From Octopus sinensis (Eukaryota), in NCBI RefSeq assembly GCF_006345805.1, contig NC_042999.1, positions 162,502,001 to 162,566,000 of the forward strand: a stretch of DNA of 64,000 nt. The letters are read 5' to 3'. Shown piece after piece: positions 1 to 11,491 of the stretch (positions are counted from its first letter, which is position 1; each line of letters opens with the position of its first letter). Under the pieces are notes generated by a model. That model was not told the origin of the DNA, searched no databases, and saw only the letters and a list, made by a program, of their open reading frames with translations. Position numbers and translations under genes: made by a program.

Positions 1-253
1 CTTTTTAACTCCTTGTCAAAACATCTGAGGGACCTCCATGGAGTGGGAGTAGATGTTTTTAAGAAACAACTTGACCTCTTACTATCCAAGATCCCAGAAG
101 AACCAATATCAAGGCAGGAAACTCAGAGTGGTCAGCGATATTGAACTCCCTCCTTCACCACAAGCCAAACCCATAGAATTGGCCAATTAAAAAGTGATTA
201 CAATGGCGGTGCCCCAGCATAGCCACAGCCTCAAGGCTGAAACATAAAAGAAT
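1..253 (+). mobile_element. 3' end fragment of a CR1/L2-type LINE
   Basis: Frame 1 reads LFNSLSKHLRDLHGVGVDVFKKQLDLLLSKIPEEP, matching the CR1-type C-terminal pattern LFNxLP...FKxxLDxxLxxxPDEP; followed by the 3' tail ggcggtgccccagcatagccacagcc...ggctgaaaca. Confidence 0.7.
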
Positions 254-477
254 ATATATATATATATATATTATATATGTGTATATATATATTTATATGT
301 CCTATATTTTTCTCTGGTGTGTCCTGTACACAATGTGTATACTTTTGGTATTTTGTCATGTACTTATCTCGTGTGTTTACGTACTTTTCACTCGTTGGCA
401 ATGTCCTGTACACAATGTGTACTTTTTATTTTATTCATAATCAAACGCCATGCAGCCTTGTCCATAGTAAGTTCTTA

Positions 478-514
<37 letters not shown>

Positions 515-522
515 TAATAAAC

Positions 523-645
523 ACAGGCATGACTGTGTGGTAAGATGCTTGCTTCCCAACCGCATGGTTCTGGGTTTAGCCCCGTGTGGCACTTTGGGTA
601 AGTGCCTTCCGCTATAGCCATGGGCTGACCAAAGCCTTGTGAGTA
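523..645 (+). mobile_element. tRNA-derived SINE, 5' half (degenerate)
   Basis: Same head as the full copies at 6920, 20565 and 47795: A-box-like gactgtgtggt, B-box-like ggtttagccc, then ggcactttgggtaagtg...accaaagccttgtgagt. Confidence 0.7.
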
Positions 646-867
646 ATTTCTCGCTATAATCGCAGTTCACCTATTGCAGCTTAAGCTTATATCGATTCCT
701 CCGTGGTATTGTTTTGCGTTTGTAATAAAATAAATATATACAAATTATAAAAATAATCTTTTTAAAATATACAGTACGGTACTGTTTCTACTTTGTAGAT
801 TTTCACCTATCACAGGGGCTTTTGGAACATAACACCTGCAATAGCCAAGGGATTATTGTGTGTGTGC

Positions 868-903
<36 letters not shown>

Positions 904-909
904 TTTATT

Positions 910-950
910 TTGTTACTCTGAGTTTCTCGTTGCCGTTCATCAGACAGTTT
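910..950 (-). ncRNA. Minimal type I hammerhead ribozyme motif (mirror copy)
   Basis: Reverse complement of the 4801-4840 motif; stem I is shortened to 3 bp because the arms diverge 3 nt after the cleavage site. Confidence 0.62.
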
Positions 951-2870
951 TTGCTAGAATGGAACATATATATAAATTCAATCTATACTCTTACAAACGC
1001 TACACCTTTAAAAAGAAATGGACTTGTTTGATTGGCCCTTTAGAAAAAAACGGTCAATCTTCGAGCGATAAACAAAAAGGTCAAAAATATATGTATATAT
1101 ATATAAAAAAACTTATAAAAATTATAAAATTCGAGGAAAAACCGAGGAAAAAACCTATTGCCGTTAATGAAGACAGTACAAATTAATGCATATAAATTAA
1201 ACCTTTTATAAATACTGCAATACATATTTATATTAAAATCCACATATATATATCAACATACACAAAAGGATGCGCGTAAACGCCATACATACATATACAG
1301 ACGTATGAATATGAATCTAAATTATACACATAAAAGCATGTGTACATATATTCACGCAAACCGTCTCGCACGCAAGCTAAAATTCATCTATGTAGCAATT
1401 CTCATATACTGAGCAAGGAGGGGGAACGAAAGAAAGGGAAAGAGAGAAAAAGGAACGAAAGGGGGGGGGGAACTTGTAGCGATGTTATTGGCATCTATAG
1501 AGGCCAGTATACATACACAAGTTTGAATTGATACATATACATACCGTCGTGTGTATGCGTGCTTAAGCACAAGCATACTTTCACTTACACATACACAGAT
1601 ACGCATGCTTACAAATACATATGCTTTGCTATACACAAACTTATATAAACATTCTAAATTTGACAACATTGCTTTTTTTAAAAAAACATTGCTTTTAAAA
1701 AATGGGCGCATTAATAAAAATATATACGAAAGACATATAAAATAAAATATAACATCCTATTTTGGGTCATTATAAATAATCAAGGTAATATAAATAATCA
1801 AGGTAATCCTATGCAATACAATAACATGAAAACAAAGTTTGTAGGTTTTTCCTAATATATATGTAGAAACAATAAGACTTTGCTATAGATCCGTCGTAGC
1901 GCTTAAGAGTCAAAATCAAAATCAAAAATCAAAATACAAAATATATACTCTATCCATATGGTATATTTATATTCGACATTTTAAATTTAGCCGCGTGCCT
2001 ACATAAGTTCATTAACTCACTTCTTTGATTCAAAGAATTATTGTCTTTGAATAATATGTGCATTTTTTCTAATAAGCAAAGCTTGCACTTGAAATTATAT
2101 TTGTAAGTTCCATGCCTGTATGGTGCCGCCCTGTCCAGAATGCTCCATGTCACGTTGAAAGGTAGGGCTTCCTTTTCTTTTAGTTCCCAGACATATTTTG
2201 CTAGGCTGGTTTTCTTCCTATTCTCTGGGTATTTAAAAGAATTCTTATGAGAATAAAATCTTGTTTTAAATGAATTTTCTGAAGCCCCTGTGTATGTCTT
2301 GTATTCCGATGAGCCTTCCACTTGCACCTTGGCTCTATAAACTACTCCTTTCACTAGACATTTCCCTTCTAACGGACAGGAGCTTTCGTTTTTGCAATTA
2401 CATTTCTTAATGGGCTCGGCACCATGTCTAATCTCAATTAGCTTCCTATTATGTTGGCTAATGTAAGAGGCGAAATTTCTGCAACAAGAATAGCTAACCT
2501 TCAGGGTTCTTCTATTAAATATTCTGTAGAATTTATGACCCTGCTTAAAATGCTTAGAGACTAATCTCAAAAATTCCTTACCTATATTAGTCTTTACGGC
2601 CAAATTGAAAGCCGGGTTGAACCACAAAACTTTCCTGGTCCTAGTTCTTCGTGCAGCATTATTATTAGCATTAAGCTGGTTGAACTGGATCTTCTCCGAG
2701 AATCCACTATTCTTTAATGCGCTATCGTAATAAGGTGCAGCATTATGGAATGCTGCCTCGTCCGAAGAAATTGAAGATATTCTTCTACCTACATTGCTGA
2801 CTAAGTTGCTAAGGATAACTGGTGGATTTTTCGAATCTTTGCTAATATACGATAGCTTTTCATTGGGCTT
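911..2870 (-). mobile_element. 5'-truncated Penelope-like element, left arm (mirror copy)
   Basis: ORF 1950-2951 on the minus strand is near-identical to the plus-arm ORF (SKNPP vs SNHPP, EAL vs EAP, HGT vs HGA). Confidence 0.92.
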
Positions 2871-4840
2871 ACGGAAGCCCAATGAAAAGCTATCGTATAT
2901 TAGCAAAGATTCGAACCATCCACCAGTTATCCTTAGCAACTTAGTCAGCAATGTAGGTAGAAGAATATCTTCAATTTCTTCGGACGAGGCAGCATTCCAT
3001 AATGCTGCACCTTATTACGATAGCGCATTAAAGAATAGTGGATTCTCGGAGAAGATCCAGTTCAACCAGCTTAATGCTAATAATAATGCTGCACGAAGAA
3101 CTAGGACCAGGAAAGTTTTGTGGTTCAACCCGGCTTTCAATTTGGCCGTAAAGACTAATATAGGTAAGGAATTTTTGAGATTAGTCTCTAAGCATTTTAA
3201 GCAGGGTCATAAATTCTACAGAATATTTAATAGAAGAACCCTGAAGGTTAGCTATTCTTGTTGCAGAAATTTCGCCTCTTACATTAGCCAACATAATAGG
3301 AAGCTAATTGAGATTAGACATGGTGCCGAGCCCATTAAGAAATGTAATTGCAAAAACGAAAGCTCCTGTCCGTTAGAAGGGAAATGTCTAGTGAAAGGAG
3401 TAGTTTATAGAGCCAAGGTGCAAGTGGAAGGCTCATCGGAATACAAGACATACACAGGGGCTTCAGAAAATTCATTTAAAACAAGATTTTATTCTCATAA
3501 GAATTCTTTTAAATACCCAGAGAATAGGAAGAAAACCAGCCTAGCAAAATATGTCTGGGAACTAAAAGAAAAGGAAGCCCCACCTTTCAACGTGACATGG
3601 AGCATTCTGGACAGGGCGGCACCATACAGGCATGGAGCTTACAAATATAATTTCAAGTGCAAGCTTTGCTTATTAGAAAAAATGCACATATTATTCAAAG
3701 ACAATAATTCTTTGAATCAAAGAAGTGAGTTAATGAACTTATGTAGGCACGCGGCTAAATTTAAAATGTCGAATATAAATATACCATATGGATAGAGTAT
3801 ATATTTTGTATTTTGATTTTTGATTTTGATTTTGACTCTTAAGCGCTACGACGGATCTATAGCAAAGTCTTATTGTTTCTACATATATATTAGGAAAAAC
3901 CTACAAACTTTGTTTTCATGTTATTGTATTGCATAGGATTACCTTGATTATTTATATTACCTTGATTATTTATAAATGACCCAAAATAGGATGTTATATT
4001 TTATTTTATATGTCTTTCGTATATATTTTTATTAATGCGCCCATTTTTTAAAAGCAATGTTTTTTTTAAAAAAAAGCAATGTTGTCAAATTTAGAATGTT
4101 TATATAAGTTTGTGTATAGCAAAGCATATGTATTTGTAAGCATGCGTATCTGTGTATGTGTAAGTGAAAGTATGCTTGTGCTTAAGCACGCATACACACG
4201 ACGGTATGTATATGTATCAATTCAAACTTGTGTATGTATACTGGCCTCTATAGATGCCAATAACATCGCTACAAGTTTCCCCCCCCCCTCTTTCGTTCCT
4301 TTTTCTCTCTTTCCCTTTCTTTCGTTCCCCCTCCTTGCTCAGTATATGAGAATTGCTACATAGATGAATTTTAGCTTGCGTGCGAGACGGTTTGCGTGAA
4401 TATATGTACACATGCTTTTATGTGTATAATTTAGATTCATATTCATACGTCTGTATATGTATGTATGGCGTTTACGCGCATCCTTTTGTGTATGTTGATA
4501 TATATATGTGGATTTTAATATAAATATGTATTGCAGTATTTATAAAAGGTTTAATTTATATGCATTAATTTGTACTGTCTTCATTAACGGCAATAGGTTT
4601 TTTCCTCGGTTTTTTCCTCGAATTTTATAATTTTTATAAGTTTTTTTATATATATATACATATATTTTTGACCTTTTTGTTTATCGCTCGAAGATTGACC
4701 GTTTTTTCTAAAGGGCCAATCAAACAAGTCCATTTCTTTTTAAAGGTGTAGCGTTTGTAAGAGTATAGATTGAATTTATATATATGTTCCATTCTAGCAA
4801 AAACTGTCTGATGAACGGCAACGAGAAACTCAGAGTAACA
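911..4840. repeat. ~3.9-kb near-perfect palindrome (arms 911-2870 and 2875-4840, 4-nt loop acgg)
   Basis: The two 333-aa ORFs are reverse complements about 2872/2873 (cattgggctt-acgg-aagcccaatg). Arms match out to tgttactctgag (911) and ctcagagtaaca (4840), with only a few substitutions and homopolymer indels. Confidence 0.97.
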
Positions 4841-4950
4841 GATTTTGTTGAATTTTCTGCTGCTTAAAATAAAGCATATTACTCTACCACTGGTATTTGA
4901 GTACTCTTTTTTCCACCTTGTTTCACATTTATGTGTTTACTCCGGTATTA
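2875..4950 (+). mobile_element. 5'-truncated Penelope-like element, right arm: RT thumb + GIY-YIG endonuclease + 3' region
   Basis: ORF 2794-3795 has RKPN..YISKDSNHPP (PLE RT C-terminus), LWFNPAFN, the CNC...CPLEGKC cysteine cluster, VVYRA...YTGASENSFKTRFYSH (GIY-YIG) and CKLCLLEK...LNQRSEL. Confidence 0.93.
4801..4846 (+). ncRNA. Minimal type I hammerhead ribozyme motif (PLE-associated)
   Basis: ctgt-CTGATGA-acggcaacga-GAAA-ctcagag-TA^acag: core boxes at 4808-4814 and 4825-4828, stem I ctgt/acag, short palindromic stem III, GUA cleavage triplet at 4835-4837. Stem II is weak. Confidence 0.7.
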
Positions 4951-4960
4951 TATATATATA

Positions 4961-5248
4961 TATATATATAGTAAAAGCAATTAAGATTCAAGTGAGTTCT
5001 ATTGAATTCACTTGAATGCGGTACTTAACTTAGATGCACCAGAAAACTATATGGTATTAACCATAAAATAATGTAGGGTGATTATAAACAAGAAAAAAGC
5101 AACAAGAATGGATTAGTTTTTCAGTACAATTGTTTCATACGAAGACCAGCTTTATTAAAAGCTGCAAATATTTGCAGCTTTTAATAAAGCTGGTCTTCGT
5201 ATGAAACAATTGTACTGAAAAACTAATCCATTCTTGTTGCTTTTTTCT

Positions 5249-5251
<3 letters not shown>
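4961..5251. repeat. PLE terminal-repeat fragment containing a 164-bp perfect zero-loop palindrome (5088-5251)
   Basis: gctgcaaat|atttgcagc centre at 5169/5170; arms match base for base. Each arm carries GAAAcaattgTActg, a hammerhead 3' half. Confidence 0.85.
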
Positions 5252-5293
<42 letters not shown>

Positions 5294-6919
5294 ATGTATA
5301 TAGATAGATTGCAAATAGTATTATGAACAGAGTGAATATTCAATAGTTCAAGCAAAGTAAAAATTTATTATAATATTGTAAGTTGACTACTTATTCATTA
5401 CTTCAAGTTTATGCTGAACTGTTATCATCTGATGGAATATCTAACATTAGATATAACATTGATTTCCAAACTTTTTTTTAATCCATAGCACACATGCAAG
5501 GTGCTAGAAGTGTTATGGTACATCATCAGCTTTGAAAAGTTTTATTTGAAACATATAAATAAAACAAGTATTATAATTATTTTAAAACTGAGATGGACAC
5601 ACACATTACATTTTACCACAAAGAAATATATATGTATGAGCGTGGTGTATTAAAAATGCTCAGTATTTTGCAATTCTCCTAAAAACTCACAGCAACATCT
5701 GCAGATCGTTTGTTATATACACACATAGAGGTTGAAAACATCTGAGATTATATCTTAGTTGATATGCCATTTAATGATTGCCATCCAGAATGAAACTATA
5801 AGTAATGAAAAAATTATAATATAATGTACACACACATGTGCACAAGCATATACTGACATTGACAAATGCCAGAGACATTCACCACTACCACCACTGTTAC
5901 ATCTTTAAACAATTTCCAACACTACTAGCATTGCTGCTACACCTCTGCCACCCAAATAACCACTATATACCAAACAAACAAGGCTTCTGTTTAGAAAATG
6001 AAAAGAAACCTTGTAGATATATATCCTTTCATTGCATCGCAGATTTTTATCAACCAAACCTCAAAACATAAAATATAATACAAATACAAAAATGAAGGGA
6101 AAAAATGATCTTGTTTAAAAACTCAATCTTCGTGATGAATCTTATCTCACATTACCCTACCACAAACACACACCTCTGGTCTCTCTGCATCACTCTCTAC
6201 CTTGTGTGGACACTTATGAATAAACAAAGCTTGAAGTCACTTGTTTCCACATGTGGTGGTTATTTTGTTTGTTGTTTTTGAAATGAATACATAGAGCAAA
6301 TATCTGTTATAACTTTATTACTCATAGTAGTAGTAGTATCAGAAAGGGAAGATTTGACATAAATGGTAGCAGCCTGGTCAGAATGAATGCTTCACAGTGT
6401 GTACTACATCCCTTCACATTCAAATTCGAGGATCTACTGACTTTGCTTTTTGACAATTTCCACACCCACTAACAGATTTGTCCTTTTATGCCAATCATCA
6501 TTATCAGATTTAGGATTTAAAAAAAGTTCTGGGTGTTTACCTTCAACAATGAGTTAGTGTTGTTAAGCCTCGAGTCAACCCTACCAAGCAGACCTATGAT
6601 CAGAAGTATTCTATTTATTACTGACAGCCCATTTCTTTTAGGCTCAACATATCTAGGAGTACATTATCCAATGAAGTCCTCCTATAAGACAGTCAAGGTG
6701 ATCTGAGTGAGACATGGCAACTAAGCAGCAAACTGAGTGACTGCCTTTTGATTTAAATCAAGGGGAAAGTAGAGAACCAAACCAAATGCCTTATTCAGTG
6801 TTGGACTCAACATTCTGTATTCAACTTATGTTAGTACTAATTTCACTATTCATTCGTCTGCAGGTAGTTAGTCTATTTCACTGAAAACAAACCATTGATA
6901 ATATACAGATAATATACAT

Positions 6920-7505
6920 GGCACAGGAGTGGCTGTGTGGTAAGTAGCTTGTTTACCAACCACATGGTTCCGGGTTCAGTCCCACTGCGTGGCACCTTGG
7001 GCAAGTGTCTTCTACTATAGCCTCGGGCCGACCAAAGCCTTGTGAGTGGATTTGGTAGACGGAAACTGAAAGAAGCCCGTTGTATATATGTATATCATCA
7101 TCATCATCATCGTCGTTTAACGTCCGTTCTCCATGCTAGCATGGGTTGGACGGTTCGACCGGGGTTCTGGGAAGCCAGAAGGCTGCACCAGGCTCCAGTC
7201 TAATTTGGCAATGTTTCTACAGCTGGATGCCCTTCCTAACGCCAACCACTCCGTGAGTGTAGTGGGTGCTTTTTACGTGCCACCTGCATATATATGTATG
7301 TGTGTGTGTGTTTGTCTCCCTAGCATTGCTTGACAACTGATGCTGGTGTGTTTATGTCCCCGTCACTTAGCAGTTCGGCAAAAGAGACCGATAGAATAAG
7401 TACTGGGTTTACAAAGAATAAGTCCCGGGGTCAAGTTGCTCGATTAAAGGCAGTGCACCAGCATAGCCGCAGTCAAAATGACTGAAACAAGTATAAAAAA
7501 AAAAG
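6920..7505 (+). mobile_element. Full tRNA-derived SINE interrupted by an RTE 3' fragment
   Basis: A box tggctgtgtggt, B box ggttcagtccc, internal microsatellite, body gacaactgatgctggtg...gaataagtac, 3' tail cagcatagccgcagtc...tgactgaaaca. Confidence 0.85.
7094..7288 (-). mobile_element. RTE LINE 3' end fragment with 11-bp TSD
   Basis: (cat)n tail plus gtttaacgtccgttctccatgctagcatggg, matching the 3' end of the RTE at ~19000-19157; flanked by tatatatgtat at 7083-7093 and 7289-7299. Confidence 0.85.
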
Positions 7506-7764
7506 AGTTAACTACTGTATCCAATCCATTTATATACAAACAAGTCCCATTGCTCACCCTGATCCAAGGGTGATGAGCTTATATCACATGCATATAAGTA
7601 GTGACATGGATTTTTAAGTGGCATGCAACAGATATAAAAAAGAATCTCCCTGCAATCTCATGCTACAAAAAGAAAAACTTATCTAATAAGTGTTTTCCTA
7701 AACTGAAGTGACCCACCAATAACATGACCAAAATGTCCCTATTATATATTATTATTGTTATTAT

Positions 7765-7905
7765 TAGGTGCAGGCATGGCTGTGTGGTAAGTAGCTTGCT
7801 TACCAACCACATGGTTCTGGGTTCAGTCCCACTGCATGGCACCTTGGGCAAGTGTCTTCTATTATAGCCTTGGGCCAACCAAAGCCTTGTGAGTGGATTT
7901 GGTAG
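7765..7905 (+). mobile_element. tRNA-derived SINE 5' half
   Basis: ggtgcaggcatggctgtgtggtaagtagcttgcttacc...ggttcagtccc...gtggatttggtag. Confidence 0.8.
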
Positions 7906-8118
7906 CATTTAAACCGGCCATATCCAGCCAAAAGTATTCTGCTTGTTTTATGTTCAAACTGGCCAGATCTGGTCTCTCACACCAACCCTACAATATCATT
8001 TTAAAAATTAACGGTTACCTCATCAAATTCTCATAGCTACAAGATAATGTATGATTAGTTCAAAACAATGTGGATGAAGAAGCATTAATTTTGGTAGAAT
8101 AATGCAAACACTAAAGGG
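7903..8118. mobile_element. piggyBac-like MITE, left end truncated
   Basis: Matches the complete copy at 62893-63113; ends acactaaaggg followed by TTAA. Confidence 0.75.
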
Positions 8119-8577
8119 TTAACAAGGCAATTAAAATTTTGACAAGCTTGAATAAAAAAGATAGTTCACCATTACTACCTTTGTAAAAAGCTACCACTGG
8201 AATATCATCAGTATACCCAGTTGAACTGCAAACAAAGGTAGAGTTAACTACTGTAACTATGGTCCTGCTTATAGCTAGCTGCTACATAAGTTAACTGGAC
8301 TAATGAAAATGAAATGTTTTGGCCATGGACACAATACAATAATGATAACAGAATATAACAAATGTCCCATTGGATATTAGTCTGGTATCTTATTGATAGA
8401 GTAATCATCATATAATTCTCTAATGAATGAACTGCTAAGATTTCAATGTAAAATCATATTAGACATTATAAGCACTGAGATACAAAAGAATATGAACTCA
8501 GTATGAACTAGAAAATGAGTAAGAGAGAAGAATCAGTGGCTTTGATAATCTTTTCTATGTCAGTTAGTAGTTATAAT

Positions 8578-8962
8578 ACTCTTTACTCTTTTACTTGTTT
8601 CAGTCATTTGACTGCGGCCATGCTGGAGCACCGCCTTTAGTCGAGCAAATCGACCCCGGGACTTATTCTTTGTAAGCCCAGTACTTATTCTATCGGTCTC
8701 TTTTGCCGAACTGCTAAGTGACGGGGACGTAAACACACCAGCATCGGTTGTCAAGCAATGCTAGGGGGACAAACACAAACATACACACACACATATATAT
8801 ATACATATATACGACAGGCTTCTTTCAGTTTCCGTCTACCAAATCCACTCACAAGGCATTGGTCGGCCCGGGGCTATAGTAGAAGACACTTGCCCAAGAT
8901 GCCACGGAACCCGGAACCATGTGGTTGGTTAGCAAGCTACTTACCACACAGCCACTCCTGTG
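8578..8962 (-). mobile_element. Full tRNA-derived SINE
   Basis: Reverse complement of the 6920 family from head (cacacagccactcc) to (tttactc)n tail. Confidence 0.85.
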
Positions 8963-9630
8963 TGTAATATTTTAAATAAAATATTTAACTAAAAGTCAAA
9001 TAGAAAAATAAATACCATATTTATGTGTCATTCATATGTTATTCTAACTTTCTGACAAATACATTATTTCTAGAGGATACATATAAAAGTATAATAGTTG
9101 AACTCCAAACTGATTGTGGTCCACTAGAATTGGCTGTTTCAACATTGGAGCTATAATCATGAATGATGACAATGATGTCAACAATGATAATAATATAGAT
9201 GATAATATTGTGGATAAAACTACTGATGGTAATAATCCTTTCTACTATATGCACAAAGGAGGGGGGTTAGTTGATTACATTAATCAACTAACTGGTACTT
9301 ATTTCATTGACCTTGAAAGGATGAACGGTGAAATCAACTTCCGCAGAATTTGAACTCACAAATGATAATGATAAAGACTGCATACAATGAATACATGACC
9401 ATGCTGTAGAATTCAATAGGGAGCAGAAATTAATAACTTTAGTCATCTTAACAATTTGCTTAACTACAAAATATGAAGAGAAAAATATTCTAATGAAAAT
9501 TAAAAATTAGAACAAAGAAAAGTATTCATAGAAAATTACAGATGAGAGAGAAAATTCTTGTACCATAGTTACTTTTAAGAACTGAAATACTGAAGTTAAA
9601 AAACAAAAAAGGTTAAGGAAATCTTGAAGA

Positions 9631-9946
9631 TGTGCCGGTGGCACGTAAAAGCACCATCCGTTCGTGTCCGTTGCCAGCCACGCCTGGCCCCCGTGCCGGT
9701 GGCACGTAGCACCATCCGTTCATGGCCGTTGCCAGCTTCGCCTGGCTCCTGTGCGGGTGGCACGTAAAAAGCACCCACTACACTCATGGAGTGGTTGGCG
9801 TTAGGAAGGGCATCCAGCCGTAGAAACACTGCCAGATCAGACTGGGCCTGATGCAGCCTTCTGGCTTCACAGACCCCAGTTGAACCGTCCAACCCATGCT
9901 AGCATGGAAAGCGGACACTAAATGATGATGATGATGATGATGATGA
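9631..9946 (+). mobile_element. RTE LINE 3' UTR fragment
   Basis: Repeated ggcacgtaaaaagcacc modules, ggagtggttggcgttaggaagggcatccagc, and a (gat)n tail. Confidence 0.85.
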
Positions 9947-11189
9947 AGGAAAAAAACTGCAGAATTATTCATGAAGTCTTGAATGAAAGTAACAAATTTG
10001 ACATAGTAGTAGGAAAAGATAAATACCAACAAACAAATAGTAAACAATAATGAACTTGATATAATCAATAAGATTAGTTTGAATTGCATAGGATATAGAA
10101 CTATAAATACTTAGGTATTTATTTGGATGCTGAGTTTTAGTTGTGTCCTCTTATTCATCAAAACTAGGATGAGCTAACTAGAAGGAGTCTCAAGATGACT
10201 GAGTGATTTGTTAGAAATAGCAATGAAATGTCCATCATATCTAACATTACTATCTCGAAAAAGGTAAAATCACACTGAATAATGTAGCCCTGCATATACT
10301 GTGTCAAAAGCAAACAAGAAAGTCGCTGTTAAAATATTCTTGATCATATGTCTACCATATGAGAACCTCACGTGTGTGTTAAACAGCATGTTAAAGCACA
10401 ATCGCAGCATGTTAAATTATTTTCTCAGGGTATGAATTTTGACTACAACAGAAATATACATACACTGACTTTTCAATCCTTGCCTTATCTTTTCTTGAGT
10501 CACTCTTTATGCACTTATGCTATAACCACGAGTCAATCTACCACACCAGTTCACTTCTGCTTCTACCATGTACAGATCCAGTTTACTTCCATGTCTCTGC
10601 TGCCAATTTACCTCAAGAATTTACCACTGGATTCTACTACATCATCTTGGAACTCTTTTCTTTCACATAACATTTTATTTTCTCAATAATCCTTTTTAAA
10701 AAATAAAACTTTGCTTTCACCTTCTACACAGGCAACAAACAATTTGCAGTAATCCTGTAACCTTCACTTACTCTTGACTTCGTGCTTCTTTTCTTCTTAT
10801 TTGTAATATATTTCTTTCTTTCATTGTTCATTTTTCCTGATGGACTAGTTACCAAAACATAAAAATACATACATACAGCTATGGCTGTGTTTTAAGAAGC
10901 TTCCGTCCCAATAGAGTGAGGATATAGTAGAAGACAGTGGCACCTTCAGCATGTGTCTTCTACTATAGCTTCAGGCTGAAAAAAACCTGGTAAGTGGATT
11001 TGGTTGATAAAATCTGAAAAAAGCCCATCATATATGTGTGTGATTTTGTTTTTTCCCCCACCACTGACAAATGGTATTGGTATCTTTATGTCCCCATAAC
11101 TTAGCAACTGGAGACTATTAAGACTAGTAACTGGAGACTATTAAATAGACTGTTACCTACTTAATAGTGTTCCAGAAACAATTGCCTAA

Positions 11190-11375
11190 CATCTCTGGGG
11201 GTCTATACAGGGATGACACTCTGTTTGCTATCCAAAATTCTAGCAACTGGAAAATCAAACAGATTAGAAAAAAAGATTAAGAATTTTTTTTTAAATGTCG
11301 GCCTCAGCATATCCTGTAACAACCTTAAAAACACTAATTTCTTAGGCGTAACCCTGGACCTACAAAACGTATTTC
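11190..11375 (+). mobile_element. Penelope-like RT fragment
   Basis: Reads RLEKKIKNFFLNVGLSISCNNLKNTNFLGVTLDLQN, matching the PLE RT pattern GLxITxxxNLKxVxFLDVTLDL. Confidence 0.7.
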
Positions 11376-11426
11376 ATGTTGTTGATGTCCTGTACCCATA
11401 TATGCATGTGTGTGTGTGTGTGTATA

Positions 11427-11491
<65 letters not shown>

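Noticed and set aside
2794-2872. N-terminal 26 aa of the two 333-aa ORFs as a real leader
   Set aside because: It is the antisense of the opposite arm and starts at TTG; PLE homology begins at RKPN.
6920-6995. Genuine tRNA genes at SINE heads
   Set aside because: A and B boxes are present, but there is no complete cloverleaf and each continues into the SINE body.
9074-9156. Plus-strand terminal exon (EDTYKSIIVELQTDCGPLELAVSTLEL-stop) after a plausible acceptor
   Set aside because: Short, no recognisable homology, no supporting upstream plus-strand exon, and it conflicts with the minus-strand gene model.
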